DNA of 64,000 bases from the human T2T-CHM13v2.0 reference genome, Homo sapiens. Where the stretch lies: the NCBI RefSeq assembly GCF_009914755.1, contig NC_060939.1; one strand, given 5' to 3'. Each line of letters opens with the position of its first letter. Within the stretch, counting starts at the first letter, position 1. Under the pieces are notes generated by a model. It did not search any database, was not told the origin of the DNA, and saw nothing but the letters and a program-made list of their open reading frames with translations. Below, piece by piece: positions 12,401 to 27,735 of the stretch. Made by a program: the position numbers and the translations under genes.

Positions 12401-13870
12401 TTTCCATAACGATCCATTCCATTCTATTCCTTTCGATTCCATTCAATTCCATTCTTTCTATTTCATTCCATTCGATTCCCTTCCATTGGACTCCTTTCCA
12501 TTCGAGTGCATTCCATTCCGTTCCATTTCTTTCTGTTCTGTATGATTCCTACCGTTCGATTTCATTTTGTTCCAGTCTATTCCTTTCAAGTGCATTCCAT
12601 TCCATTTCACTCCATTCGATTCCATTCCACTCGATTCCACTCCGTTCCATTTCACTGCATTCCATTCTATTCAATTCTATTGCATTCCATTCCATTCCAT
12701 TTGATTACATTCCATGCGATTCCATTCGAATTCGAATCAATTACATTGAAATCCATTACTATTGAGTCCGTTTTATTCCAGTCCACTCCATTCTGCTCCA
12801 TTCCATTTGATTCCATTCCATTCTATTCCATTCCGTACAGTTGCATTCCATTGGATTCCATTCTATATCTATAAATGCAACTTGAGACCATTGCTTTTGA
12901 GTCCATTCTATATGATTCCATTCCATTCAAGTCCATTACATTTGGTTCAATTCCATTCCATTCCATTCCCTTCCATTCCATTCCATTTGATATCAATCCA
13001 TACGATTCCATTCCATTCGAGCACATTCCATTCGAGTCCATTCCATTCGATGCCATTCCATTTGATTCTATTCCATTAGACTCCATTCAATTCCATTAAT
13101 CTCCATTCCATTCCATTCTACTCCAACTGATTCCATTCCATTCTATTCCTTTCCATTCCATTCCATTCCATTCCATTCGCTTCCATTCCATTCGTGTCCA
13201 TTCCACTCCAGTCCATTCCATTCGTGTCCATTCCATTCCAGTCCATTCCATTTGTGTCCACTGCATTCCATTCCACTCCATTCCATATTATTCCATTACA
13301 CTCCATTCCATTCTATTACTTTCATTTCCATTCAGTTCCATTCCATTTGATTCCATTCCACTCGGTTTCACTCCATTTGAGTCCATTCCATTCCATTCCA
13401 TTCCATTCCATTCCATTCTGTTCCATTCCATTCCATTCCATTCCATTGGGTACCATTCCATATTGTTCCATTCGATTCCATTCGAATCCATTCCATTCCA
13501 GTCCATTCCATTCGATTCCATTCCATTCCATTCGATTCCACTTGATTCCACTCCATTCCCTTCCACTGCATTCCATTCGATTCCATTCCATTGCATTGCA
13601 TTCCATTCCATAGGATTGCATTCCATTCGATTCCATTCCATTCGAATCAATTACATAGCAATCCATTACATTCGAGTCTGTTCTATTCCGTTCCATTCGA
13701 TTTCGTTCCAATCCATTCGATTCCATTCCATTCGATTCCATTCCATACTATTGCATTCCATTCGATTAAATTATACTCGAATAAATTCCATTCAAGACCA
13801 TTTCTTTTGAGTCCATTCTACTTGAGTCCATTCCCTTTGATTCCATAACATTTGAGTCCATTCAATTCCA
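3446..13870 (+). repeat. Satellite units 2-4 (3475 bp each; near-identical)
   Basis: Marker starts at 3467, 6942, 10417 and 13892 are exactly 3475 apart, and only 1-2 private SNVs are visible per copy. Confidence 0.92.
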
Positions 13871-16800
13871 TTCCTTTCGTTTCCATTCCATTTGATGCCA
13901 TTCCATTCAATTCTGTTCTACTCGACTCCAATACATTCAATTCCATTCCATCCGATTCCATTACATTCTTTTCATTTCTTATCCATTTCAAGCCATTCCA
14001 TTCCATTCCATTCCATTCCACTCGTTTGCTTTCCATTCGAGTCCATTCCACTCCAGTCCATTCCATTCGAATCCATTTCACTCCAGTCCATTCCATTCGA
14101 ATCCATTTCACTCCAGTCCATTAAATTCGAGTACATTCCATTCCATTCTATTCAATGCCATTCCATTCGATTCTATTCCATTCGACACCATTCCTTTCCA
14201 TTCCGTTCCATCCGATTCCATTCCATTGTATTCCATTCAATTCCATTCCATTGCATTCCATTCGTTTCCATTCCATTCGAATTCATTCCACTCAAGTCCA
14301 TTCCATTCGAGTCCATTCCATTCGATATCATTCCATACTATTGAATTCCATTCGATTCCATTGTTTTCGAATAAATTCCAACCGAGACCATTCCTTTCGT
14401 GTCCATTCTATTTGACTGCATTCCATTTGAGTCCATTAAATTTCTGCACATTCCATTCCTTTCCATTCCATTCCATTCCATTCCTTTCGGTGCCATTCCA
14501 TTCCACTCTAATCCATTCAAGTCCATTCCATTTGAGTCCATTCCATTGATTCGATGCCATTACATTCAATTCTATTCCATTCGACTCCATTGCATTCCAT
14601 TCCCTTCCAAACGATTCCATTCCATTCTATTACTTTCTATTCCAATCCATTCCATTCCGTTCCATTCGTTTCCATTCCATTCGAGTCCACTCCATTCCAG
14701 TCCATTCCATTCGATTCCATTCCATTCCAGTCCATTCCATTCAAGTCCATTCCACTGCATTCCATTCCATTCGATATCCTTCGATAACACCCCATTCCAT
14801 TCTGCTCCTTAATATTCAATTCAATTCCATTCCATTTGATTCCATTCCATTTGATTACATTCCATTCGACTCCATTCCATTCGACTCTATTCCATTCGAG
14901 TCCATTCCATTCCATTCCATTGCATTCCGTTCGAATCCCTATTCCATTCCATTTTGTTACTGTCCATTCCATTTGAGTCCATTCCATGACAAACCATTCC
15001 ATTCGATTCCATTCCAATAGATTCCATTGCACTCGAATCCAGTGCGTTCCATTCCATTGCTTTCCATTCTATTACATTCCATTGCATTACATTCCATTCC
15101 ATTTGATTGCATTCCATTCAATTCCATTAATTTCGAATCAATTACATTGCAATCCATTGCATTCGAGTTCTATTCCAGTCCATTGCATTCCGGCGCATGC
15201 CGTTCCATTCCATTCCATTCGCTTCCGTTCCATTCGAATCGATTGCATTGCAATGCTTTACATTCGAGTCCGTTTTATTCCAGTCCAATCCATTCCGGTC
15301 CATTCCGTTCGATTCCATTCCATTCGATGCCACTCCATACTATTGTATTTCATTCGATTCCATTCTATTCAAATAAATTCCATTCGAGACCATTCCTTTC
15401 GAGTCCATTCTATTTGAGTCCATTCCATTCGAGTCCATTATATTTGGGTCCATTCCATTCAATTCCATTGCAATCCATTCCATTCGATGTCACTCCATTC
15501 ATTTCTATTCCATTAGAGTCCATGTCATTCGAGTCCATTCCATTCTATTCTATTCCACTCCATTCCATTCCATTCCACTCCATTCCATTCGATGCCGTTC
15601 CATTCAATTCTATTATATTCCACTCCATTTACTTCCATTCCATTCCATTCCATTCCATTCTATCCAATTCCGTTCCATTCTATTCCTTTAAAGTCCATTC
15701 CATTCCATTCCATTCGTTTCCATTCCATTCGAGTAAAGTCCACTCCAGTCCTTTCCATTCGAGTCCATTCCTCTCCAGTCCATTCCGTTCAATCCATTCC
15801 ATTCCAGTCCATTCCATTCGAGTCCGTTCCATTCCAGTCCATTCCATTCGAGTCAATTCCATTCCATTCGATATCTTTCCATAACGATCCATTCCATTCT
15901 ATTCCTTTCGATTCCATTCAATTCCATTCTTTCTATTTCATTCCATTCGATTCCCTTCCATTGGACTCCTTTCCATTCGAGTGCATTCCATTCCGTTCCA
16001 TTTCTTTCTGTTCTGTATGATTCCTACCGTTCGATTTCATTTTGTTCCAGTCTAATCCTTTCAAGTGCATTCCATTCCATTTCACTCCATTCGATTCCAT
16101 TCCACTCGATTCCACTCCGTTCCATTTCACTGCATTCCATTCTATTCAATTCTATTGCATTCCATTCCATTCCATTTGATTACATTCCATGCGATTCCAT
16201 TCGAATTCGAATCAATTACATTGAAATCCATTACTATTGAGTCCGTTTTATTCCAGTCCACTCCATTCTGCTCCATTCCATTTGATTCCATTCCATTCTA
16301 TTCCATTCCGTACAGTTGCATTCCATTGGATTCCATTCTATATCTATAAATGCAACTTGAGACCATTGCTTTTGAGTCCATTCTATATGATTCCATTCCA
16401 TTCAAGTCCATTTCATTTGGTTCAATTCCATTCCATTCCATTCCCTTCCATTCCATTCCATTTGATATCAATCCATACGATTCCATTCCATTCGAGCACA
16501 TTCCATTCGAGTCCATTCCATTCGATGCCATTCCATTTGATTCTATTCCATTAGACTCCATTCAATTCCATTAATCTCCATTCCATTCCATTCTACTCCA
16601 ACTGATTCCATTCCATTCTATTCCTTTCCATTCCATTCCATTCCATTCCATTCGCTTCCATTCCATTCGTGTCCATTCCACTCCAGTCCATTCCATTCGT
16701 GTCCATTCCATTCCAGTCCATTCCATTTGTGTCCACTGCATTCCATTCCACTCCATTCCATATTATTCCATTACACTCCATTCCATTCTATTACTTTCAT

Positions 16801-17350
16801 TTCCATTCAGTTCCATTCCATTTGATTCCTTTCCCCTCGGTTTCACTCCATTTGAGTCCATTCCATTCCATTCCATTCCATTCCATTCCATTCCATTCTG
16901 TTCCATTCCATTCCATTCCATTCCATTGGGTACCATTCCATATTGTTCCATTCGATTCCATTCGAATCCATTCCATTCCAGTCCATTCCATTCGATTCCA
17001 TTCCATTCCATTCGATTCCACTTGATTCCACTCCATTCCCTTCCACTGCATTCCATTCGATTCCATTCCATTGCATTGCATTCCATTCCATTGGATTGCA
17101 TTCCATTCGATTCCATTCCATTCGAATCAATTACATAGCAATCCATTACATTCGAGTCTGTTCTATTCCGTTCCATTCGATTTCGTTCCAATCCATTCGA
17201 TTCCATTCCATTCGATTCCATTCCATACTATTGCATTCCATTCGATTAAATTATACTCGAATAAATTCCATTCAAGACCATTTCTGTTGAGTCCATTCTA
17301 CTTGAGTCCATTCCCTTTGATTCCATAACATTTGAGTCCATTCAATTCCA
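13871..17350 (+). repeat. Satellite unit 5 (3480 bp)
   Basis: Marker 13892 to 17372; one extra TTCCA in the variable tract near 16860. Confidence 0.9.
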
Positions 17351-20300
17351 TTCCTTTCGTTTCCATTCCATTTGATGCCATTCCATTCAATTCTGTTCTA
17401 CTCGACTCCAATACATTCAATTCCATTCCATCCGATTCCATTACATTCTTTTCATTTCTTATCCATTTCAAGCCATTCCATTCCATTCCATTCCACTCGT
17501 TTCCTTTCCATTCGAGTCCATTCCACTCCAGTCCATTCCATTCGAATCCATTTCACTCCAGTCCATTAAATTCGAGTACATTCCATTCCATTCTATTCAA
17601 TGCCATTCCATTCGATTCTATTCCATTTGACACCATTCCTTTCCATTCCGTTCCATCCGATTCCATTCCATTGTATTCCATTCAATTCCATTCCATTGCA
17701 TTCCATTCGTTTCCATTCCATTCGAATTCATTCCACTCAAGTCCATTCCATTCGAGTCCATTCCATTCGATATCATTCCATACTATTGAATTCCATTCGA
17801 TTCCATTGTTTTCGAATAAATTCCAACCGAGACCATTCCTTTCGTGTCCATTCTATTTGACTGCATTCCATTTGAGTCCATTAAATTTCTGCACATTCCA
17901 TTCCTTTCCATTCCATTCCATTCCATTCCTTTCGGTGCCATTCCATTCCACTCTAATCCATTCAAGTCCATTCCATTTGAGTCCATTCCATTGATTCGAT
18001 GCCATTACATTCAATTCTATTCCATTCGACTCCATTGCATTCCATTCCCTTCCAAACGATTCCATTCCATTCTATTACTTTCTATTCCAATCCATTCCAT
18101 TCCGTTCCATTCGTTTCCATTCCATTCGAGTCCACTCCATTCCAGTCCATTCCATTCGATTCCATTCCATTCCAGTCCATTCCATTCAAGTCCATTCCAC
18201 TGCATTCCATTCCATTCGATATCCTTCGATAACACCCCATTCCATTCTGCTCCTTAATATTCAATTCAATTCCATTCCATTTGATTCCATTCCATTTGAT
18301 TACATTCCATTCGACTCCATTCCATTCGACTCTATTCCATTCGAGTCCATTCCGTTCCATTCCATTGCATTCCGTTCCAATCCCTATTCCATTCCATTTT
18401 GTTACTGTCCATTCCATTTGAGTCCATTCCATGACAAACCATTCCATTCGATTCCATTCCAATAGATTCCATTGCACTCGAATCCAGTGCGTTCCATTCC
18501 ATTGCTTTCCATTCTATTACATTCCATTGCATTACATTCCATTCCATTTGATTGCATTCCATTCAATTCCATTAATTTCGAATCAATTACATTGCAATCC
18601 ATTGCATTCGAGTTCTATTCCAGTCCATTGCATTCCGGCGCATGCCGTTCCATTCCATTCCATTCGCTTCCGTTCCATTCGAATCGATTGCATTGCAATG
18701 CTTTACATTCGAGTCCGTTTTATTCCAGTCCAATCCATTCCGGTCCATTCCGTTCGATTCCATTCCATTCGATGCCACTCCATACTATTGTATTTCATTC
18801 GATTCCATTCTATTCAAATAAATTCCATTCGAGACCATTCCTTTCGAGTCCATTCTATTTGAGTCCATTCCATTCGAGTCCATTATATTTGGGTACATTC
18901 CATTCAATTCCATTGCAATCCATTCCATTCGATGTCACTCCATTCATTTCTATTCCATTAGAGTCCATGTCATTCGAGTCCATTCCATTCTATTCTATTC
19001 CACTCCATTTCATTCCATTCCACTCCATTCCATTCATTGCCGTTCCATTCAATTCTATTATATTCCACTCCATTTACTTCCATTCCATTCCATTCCATTC
19101 CATTCTATCCATTTCCGTTCCATTCTATTCCTTTAAAGTCCATTCCATTCCATTCCATTCGTTTCCATTCCATTCGAGTAAAGTCCACTCCAGTCCTTTC
19201 CATTCGAGTCCATTCCTCTCCAGTCCATTCCGTTCAATCCATTCCATTCCAGTCCATTCCATTCGAGTCCGTTCCATTCCAGTCCATTCCATTCGAGTCA
19301 ATTCCATTCCATTCGATATCTTTCCATAACGATCCATTCCATTCTATTCCTTTCGATTCCATTCAATTCCATTCTTTCTATTTCATTCCATTCGATTCCC
19401 TTCCATTGGACTCCTTTCCATTCGAGTGCATTCCATTCCGTTCCATTTCTTTCTGTTCTGTATGATTCCTACCGTTCGATTTCATTTTGTTCCAGTCTAT
19501 TCCTTTCAAGTGCATTCCATTCCATTTCACTCCATTCGATTCCATTCCACTCGATTCCACTCCGTTCCATTTCACTGCATTCCATTCTATTCAATTCTAT
19601 TGCATTCCATTCCATTCCATTTGATTACATTCCATGCGATTCCATTCGAATTCGAATCAATTACATTGAAATCCATTACTATTGAGTCCGTTTTATTCCA
19701 GTCCACTCCATTCTGCTCCATTCCATTTGATTCCATTCCATTCTATTCCATTCCGTACAGTTGCATTCCATTGGATTCCATTCTATATCTATAAATGCAA
19801 CTTGAGACCATTGCTTTTGAGTCCATTCTATATGATTCCATTCCATTCCAGTCCATTTCATTTGGTTCAATTCCATTCCATTCCATTCCCTTCCATTCCA
19901 TTCCATTTGATATCAATCCATACGATTCCATTCCATTCGAGCACATTCCATTCGAGTCCATTCCATTCGATGCCATTCCATTTGATTCTATTCCATTAGA
20001 CTCCATTCAATTCCATTAATCTCCATTCCATTCCATTCTACTCCAACTGATTCCATTCCATTCTATTCCTTTCCATTCCATTCCATTCCATTCCATTCTC
20101 TTCCATTCCATTCGTGTCCATTCCACTCCAGTCCATTCCATTCGTGTCCATTCCATTCCACTCCATTCCATTTGTGTCCACTGCATTCCATTCCACTCCA
20201 TTCCGTATTAATCCATTACACTCCATTCCATTCTATTACTTTCATTTCCATTCAGTTCCATTCCATTTGATTCCATTCCACTCGGTTTCACTCCATTTGA

Positions 20301-20805
20301 GTCCATTCCATTCCATTCCATTCCATTCCATTCCATTCCATTCCATTCCATTCTGTTCCATTCCATTCCATTCCATTCCATTGGGTACCATTCCATATTG
20401 TTCCATTCGATTCCATTCGAATCCATTCCATTCCAGTCCATTCCATTCGATTCCATTCCATTCCATTCGATTCCACTTGATTCCACTCCATTCCCTTCCA
20501 CTGCATTCCATTCGATTCCATTCCATTGCATTGCATTCCATTCCATTGGATTGCATTCCATTCGATTCCATTCCATTCGAATCAATTACATAGCAATCCA
20601 TTACATTCGAGTCTGTTCTATTCCGTTCCATTCGATTTCGTTCCAATCCATTCGATTCCATTCCATTCGATTCCATTCCATACTATTGCATTCCATTCGA
20701 TTAAATTATACTCGAATAAATTCCATTCAAGACCATTTCTGTTGAGTCCATTCTACTTGAGTCCATTCCCTTTGATTCCATAACATTTGAGTCCATTCAA
20801 TTCCA
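17351..20805 (+). repeat. Satellite unit 6 (3455 bp)
   Basis: -5 after AAGCCA, -30 near 17550 and +15 in the variable tract account for the length. Confidence 0.9.
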
Positions 20806-23800
20806 TTCCTTTCGTTTCCATTCCATTTGATGCCATTCCATTCAATTCTGTTCTACTCGACTCCAATACATTCAATTCCATTCCATCCGATTCCATTACA
20901 TTCTTTTCATTTCTTATCCATTTCAAGCCATTCCATTCCATTCCATTCCATTCCACTCGTTTGCTTTCCATTCGAGTCCATTCCACTCCAGTCCATTCCA
21001 TTCGAATCCATTTCACTCCAGTCCATTCCATTCGAATCCATTTCACTCCAGTCCATTAAATTCGAGTACATTCCATTCCATTCTATTCAATGCCATTCCA
21101 TTCGATTCTATTCCATTCGACACCATTCCTTTCCATTCCGTTCCATCCGATTCCATTCCATTGTATTCCATTCAATTCCATTCCATTGCATTCCATTCGT
21201 TTCCATTCCATTCGAATTCATTCCACTCAAGTCCATTCCATTCGAGTCCATTCCATTCGATATCATTCCATACTATTGAATTCCATTCGATTCCATTGTT
21301 TTCGAATAAATTCCAACCGAGACCATTCCTTTCGTGTCCATTCTATTTGACTGCATTCCATTTGAGTCCATTAAATTTCTGCACATTCCATTCCTTTCCA
21401 TTCCATTCCATTCCATTCCTTTCGGTGCCATTCCATTCCACTCTAATCCATTCAAGTCCATTCCATTTGAGTCCATTCCATTGATTCGATGCCATTACAT
21501 TCAATTCTATTCCATTCGACTCCATTGCATTCCATTCCCTTCCAAACGATTCCATTCCATTCTATTACTTTCTATTCCAATCCATTCCATTCCGTTCCAT
21601 TCGTTTCCATTCCATTCGAGTCCACTCCATTCCAGTCCATTCCATTCGATTCCATTCCATTCCAGTCCATTCCATTCAAGTCCATTCCACTGCATTCCAT
21701 TCCATTCGATATCCTTCGATAACACCCCATTCCATTCTGCTCCTTAATATTCAATTCAATTCCATTCCATTTGATTCCATTCCATTTGATTACATTCCAT
21801 TCGACTCCATTCCATTCGACTCTATTCCATTCGAGTCCATTCCGTTCCATTCCATTGCATTCCGTTCGAATCCCTATTCCATTCCATTTTGTTACTGTCC
21901 ATTCCATTTGAGTCCATTCCATGACAAACCATTCCATTCGATTCCATTCCAATAGATTCCATTGCACTCGAATCCAGTGCGTTCCATTCCATTGCTTTCC
22001 ATTCTATTACATTCCATTGCATTACATTCCATTCCATTTGATTGCATTCCATTCAATTCCATTAATTTCGAATCAATTACATTGCAATCCATTGCATTCG
22101 AGTTCTATTCCAGTCCATTGCATTCCGGCGCATGCCGTTCCATTCCATTCCATTCGCTTCCGTTCCATTCGAATCGATTGCATTGCAATGCTTTACATTC
22201 GAGTCCGTTTTATTCCAGTCCAATCCATTCCGGTCCATTCCGTTCGATTCCATTCCATTCGATGCCACTCCATACTATTGTATTTCATTCGATTCCATTC
22301 TATTCAAATAAATTCCATTCGAGACCATTCCTTTCGAGTCCATTCTATTTGAGTCCATTCCATTCGAGTCCATTATATTTGGGTCCATTCCATTCAATTC
22401 CATTGCAATCCATTCCATTCGATGTCACTCCATTCATTTCTATTCCATTAGAGTCCATGTCATTCGAGTCCATTCCATTCTATTCTATTCCACTCCATTC
22501 CATTCCATTGCACTCCATTCCATTCGTTGCCGTTCCATTCAATTCTATTATATTCCACTCCATTTACTTCCATTCCATTCCATTCCATTCCATTCTATCC
22601 AATTCCGTTCCATTCTATTCCTTTAAAGTCCATTCCATTCCATTCCATTCGTTTCCATTCCATTCGAGTAAAGTCCACTCCAGTCCTTTCCATTCGAGTC
22701 CATTCCTCTCCAGTCCATTCCGTTCAATCCATTCCATTCCAGACCATTCCATTCGAGTCCGTTCCATTCCAGTCCATTCCATTCGAGTCAATTCCATTCC
22801 ATTCGATATCTTTCCATAACGATCCATTCCATTCTATTCCTTTCGATTCCATTCAATTCCATTCTTTCTATTTCATTCCATTCGATTCCCTTCCATTGGA
22901 CTCCTTTCCATTCGAGTGCATTCCATTCCGTTCCATTTCTTTCTGTTCTGTATGATTCCTACCGTTCGATTTCATTTTGTTCCAGTCTATTCCTTTCAAG
23001 TGCATTCCATTCCATTTCACTCCATTCGATTCCATTCCACTCGATTCCACTCCGTTCCATTTCACTGCATTCCATTCTATTCAATTCTATTGCATTCCAT
23101 TCCATTCCATTTGATTACATTCCATGCGATTCCATTCGAATTCGAATCAATTACATTGAAATCCATTACTATTGAGTCCGTTTTATTCCAGTCCACTCCA
23201 TTCTGCTCCATTCCATTTGATTCCATTCCATTCTATTCCATTCCGTACAGTTGCATTCCATTGGATTCCATTCTATATCTATAAATGCAACTTGAGACCA
23301 TTGCTTTTGAGTCCATTCTATATGATTCCATTCCATTCAAGTCCATTACATTTGGTTCAATTCCATTCCATTCCATTCCCTTCCATTCCATTCCATTTGA
23401 TATCAATCCATACGATTCCATTCCATTCGAGCACATTCCATTCGAGTCCATTCCATTCGATGCCATTCCATTTGATTCTATTCCATTAGACTCCATTCAA
23501 TTCCATTAATCTCCATTCCATTCCATTCTACTCCAACTGATTCCATTCCATTCTATTCCTTTCCATTCCATTCCATTCCATTCCATTCGCTTCCATTCCA
23601 TTCGTGTCCATTCCACTCCAGTCCATTCCATTCGTGTCCATTCCATTCCAGTCCATTCCATTTGTGTCCACTGCATTCCATTCCACTCCATTCCATATTA
23701 TTCCATTACACTCCATTCCATTCTATTACTTTCATTTCCATTCAGTTCCATTCCATTTGATTCCATTCCACTCGGTTTCACTCCATTTGAGTCCATTCCA

Positions 23801-24280
23801 TTCCATTCCATTCCATTCCATTCCATTCTGTTCCATTCCATTCCATTCCATTCCATTGGGTACCATTCCATATTGTTCCATTCGATTCCATTCGAATCCA
23901 TTCCATTCCAGTCCATTCCATTCGATTCCATTCCATTCCATTCGATTCCACTTGATTCCACTCCATTCCCTTCCACTGCATTCCATTCGATTCCATTCCA
24001 TTGCATTGCATTCCATTCCATTGGATTGCATTCCATTCGATTCCATTCCATTCGAATCAATTACATAGCAATCCATTACATTCGAGTCTGTTCTATTCCG
24101 TTCCATTCGATTTCGTTCCAATCCATTCGATTCCATTCCATTCGATTCCATTCCATACTATTGCATTCCATTCGATTAAATTATACTCGAATAAATTCCA
24201 TTCAAGACCATTTCTGTTGAGTCCATTCTACTTGAGTCCATTCCCTTTGATTCCATAACATTTGAGTCCATTCAATTCCA
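20806..24280 (+). repeat. Satellite unit 7 (3475 bp)
   Basis: Marker 20827 to 24302. Confidence 0.9.
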
Positions 24281-27200
24281 TTCCTTTCGTTTCCATTCCA
24301 TTTGATGCCATTCCATTCAATTCTGTTCTACTCGACTCCAATACATTCAATTCCATTCCATCCGATTCCATTACATTCTTTTCATTTCTTATCCATTTCA
24401 AGCCATTCCATTCCATTCCATTCCACTCGTTTCCTTTCCATTCGAGTCCATTCCACTCCTGTCCATTCCATTCGAATCCATTTCACTCCAGTCCATTCCA
24501 TTCGAATCCATTTCACTCCAGTCCATTAAATTCGAGTACATTCCATTCCATTCTATTCAATGCCATTCCATTCGATTCTATTCCATTTGACACCATTCCT
24601 TTCCATTCCGTTCCATCCGATTCCATTCCATTGTATTCCATTCAATTCCATTCCATTGCATTCCATTCGTTTCCATTCCATTCGAATTCATTCCACTCAA
24701 GTCCATTCCATTCGAGTCCATTCCATTCGATATCATTCCACACTATTGAATTCCATTCGATTCCATTGTTTTCGAATAAATTCCAACCGAGACCATTCCT
24801 TTCGTGTCCATTCTATTTGACTGCATTCCATTTGAGTCCATTAAATTTCTGCACATTCCATTCCTTTCCATTCCATTCCATTCCATTCCTTTCGGTGCCA
24901 TTCCATTCCACTCTAATCCATTCAAGTCCATTCCATTTGAGTCCATTCCATTGATTCGATGCCATTACATTCAATTCTATTCCATTCGACTCCATTGCAT
25001 TCCATTCCCTTCCAAACGATTCCATTCCATTCTATTACTTTCTATTCCAATCCATTCCATTCCGTTCCATTCGTTTCCATTCCATTCGAGTCCACTCCAT
25101 TCCAGTCCATTCCATTCGATTCCATTCCATTCCAGTCCATTCCATTCAAGTCCATTCCACTGCATTCCATTCCATTCGATATCCTTCGATAACACCCCAT
25201 TCCATTCTGCTCCTTAATATTCAATTCAATTCCATTCCATTTGATTCCATTCCATTTGATTACATTCCATTCGACTCCATTCCATTCGACTCTATTCCAT
25301 TCGAGTCCATTCCATTCCATTCCATTGCATTCCGTTCCAATCCCTATTCCATTCCATTTTGTTACTGTCCATTCCATTTGAGTCCATTCCATGACAAACC
25401 ATTCCATTCGATTCCATTCCAATAGATTCCATTGCACTCGAATCCAGTGCGTTCCATTCCATTGCTTTCCATTCTATTACATTCCATTGCATTACATTCC
25501 ATTCCATTTGATTGCATTCCATTCAATTCCATTAATTTCGAATCAATTACATTGCAATCCATTGCATTCGAGTTCTATTCCAGTCCATTGCATTCCGGCG
25601 CATGCCGTTCCATTCCATTCCATTCGCTTCCGTTCCATTCGAATCGATTGCATTGCAATGCTTTACATTCGAGTCCGTTTTATTCCAGTCCAATCCATTC
25701 CGGTCCATTCCGTTCGATTCCATTCCATTCGATGCCACTCCATACTATTGTATTTCATTCGATTCCATTCTATTCAAATAAATTCCATTCGAGACCATTC
25801 CTTTCGAGTCCATTCTATTTGAGTCCATTCCATTCGAGTCCATTATATTTGGGTCCATTCCATTCAATTCCATTGCAATCCATTCCATTCGATGTCACTC
25901 CATTCATTTCTATTCCATTAGAGTCCATGTCATTCGAGTCCATTCCATTCTATTCTATTCCACTCCATTTCATTCCATTCCACTCCATTCCATTCATTGC
26001 CGTTCCATTCAATTCTATTATATTCCACTCCATTTACTTCCATTCCATTCCATTCCATTCTATCCATTTCCGTTCCATTCTATTCCTTTAAAGTCCATTC
26101 CATTCCATTCCATTCGTTTCCATTCCATTCGAGTAAAGTCCACTCCAGTCCTTTCCATTCGAGTCCATTCCTCTCCAGTCCATTCCGTTCAATCCATTCC
26201 ATTCCAGTCCATTCCATTCGAGTCCGTTCCATTCCAGTCCATTCCATTCGAGTCAATTCCATTCCATTCGATATCTTTCCATAACGATCCATTCCATTCT
26301 ATTCCTTTTGATTCCATTCAATTCCATTCTTTCTATTTCATTCCATTCGATTCCCTTCCATTGGACTCCTTTCCATTCGAGTGCATTCCATTCCGTTCCA
26401 TTTCTTTCTGTTCTGTATGATTCCTACCGTTCGATTTCATTTTGTTCCAGTCTATTCCTTTCAAGTGCATTCCATTCCATTTCACTCCATTCGATTCCAT
26501 TCCACTCGATTCCACTCCGTTCCATTTCACTGCATTCCATTCTATTCAATTCTATTGCATTCCATTCCATTCCATTTGATTACATTCCATGCGATTCCAT
26601 TCGAATTCGAATCAATTACATTGAAATCCATTACTATTGAGTCCGTTTTATTCCAGTCCACTCCATTCTGCTCCATTCCATTTGATTCCATTCCATTCTA
26701 TTCCATTCCGTACAGTTGCATTCCATTGGATTCCATTCTATATCTATAAATGCAACTTGAGACCATTGCTTTTGAGTCCATTCTATATGATTCCATTCCA
26801 TTCCAGTCCATTTCATTTGGTTCAATTCCATTCCATTCCATTCCCTTCCATTCCATTCCATTTGATATCAATCCATACGATTCCATTCCATTCGAGCACA
26901 TTCCATTCGAGTCCATTCCATTCGATGCCATTCCATTTGATTCTATTCCATTAGACTCCATTCAATTCCATTAATCTCCATTCCATTCCATTCTACTCCA
27001 ACTGATTCCATTCCATTCTATTCCTTTCCATTCCATTCCATTCCATTCCATTCTCTTCCATTCCATTCGTGTCCATTCCACTCCAGTCCATTCCATTCCA
27101 CTCCATTCCATTTGTGTCCACTGCATTCCATTCCACTCCATTCCGTATTAATCCATTACACTCCATTCCATTCTATTACTTTCATTTCCATTCAGTTCCA

Positions 27201-27735
27201 TTCCATTTGATTCCATTCCACTCGGTTTCACTCCATTTGAGTCCATTCCATTCCATTCCATTCCATTCCATTCCATTCCATTCTGTTCCATTCCATTCCA
27301 TTCCATTCCATTGGGTACCATTCCATATTGTTCCATTCGATTCCATTCGAATCCATTCCATTCCAGTCCATTCCATTCGATTCCATTCCATTCCATTCGA
27401 TTCCACTTGATTCCACTCCATTCCCTTCCACTGCATTCCATTCGATTCCATTCCATTGCATTGCATTCCATTCCATTGGATTGCATTACATTCGATTCCA
27501 TTCCATTCGAATCAATTACATAGCAATCCATTACATTCGAGTCTGTTCTATTCCGTTCCATTCGATTTCGTTCCAATCCATTCGATTCCATTCCATTCGA
27601 TTCCATTCCATACTATTGCATTCCATTCGATTAAATTATACTCGAATAAATTCCATTCAAGACCATTTCTGTTGAGTCCATTCTACTTGAGTCCATTCCC
27701 TTTGATTCCATAACATTTGAGTCCATTCAATTCCA
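24281..27735 (+). repeat. Satellite unit 8 (3455 bp)
   Basis: -5, -5 (~26050), -15 (~27095) and +5 account for the length. Confidence 0.9.
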
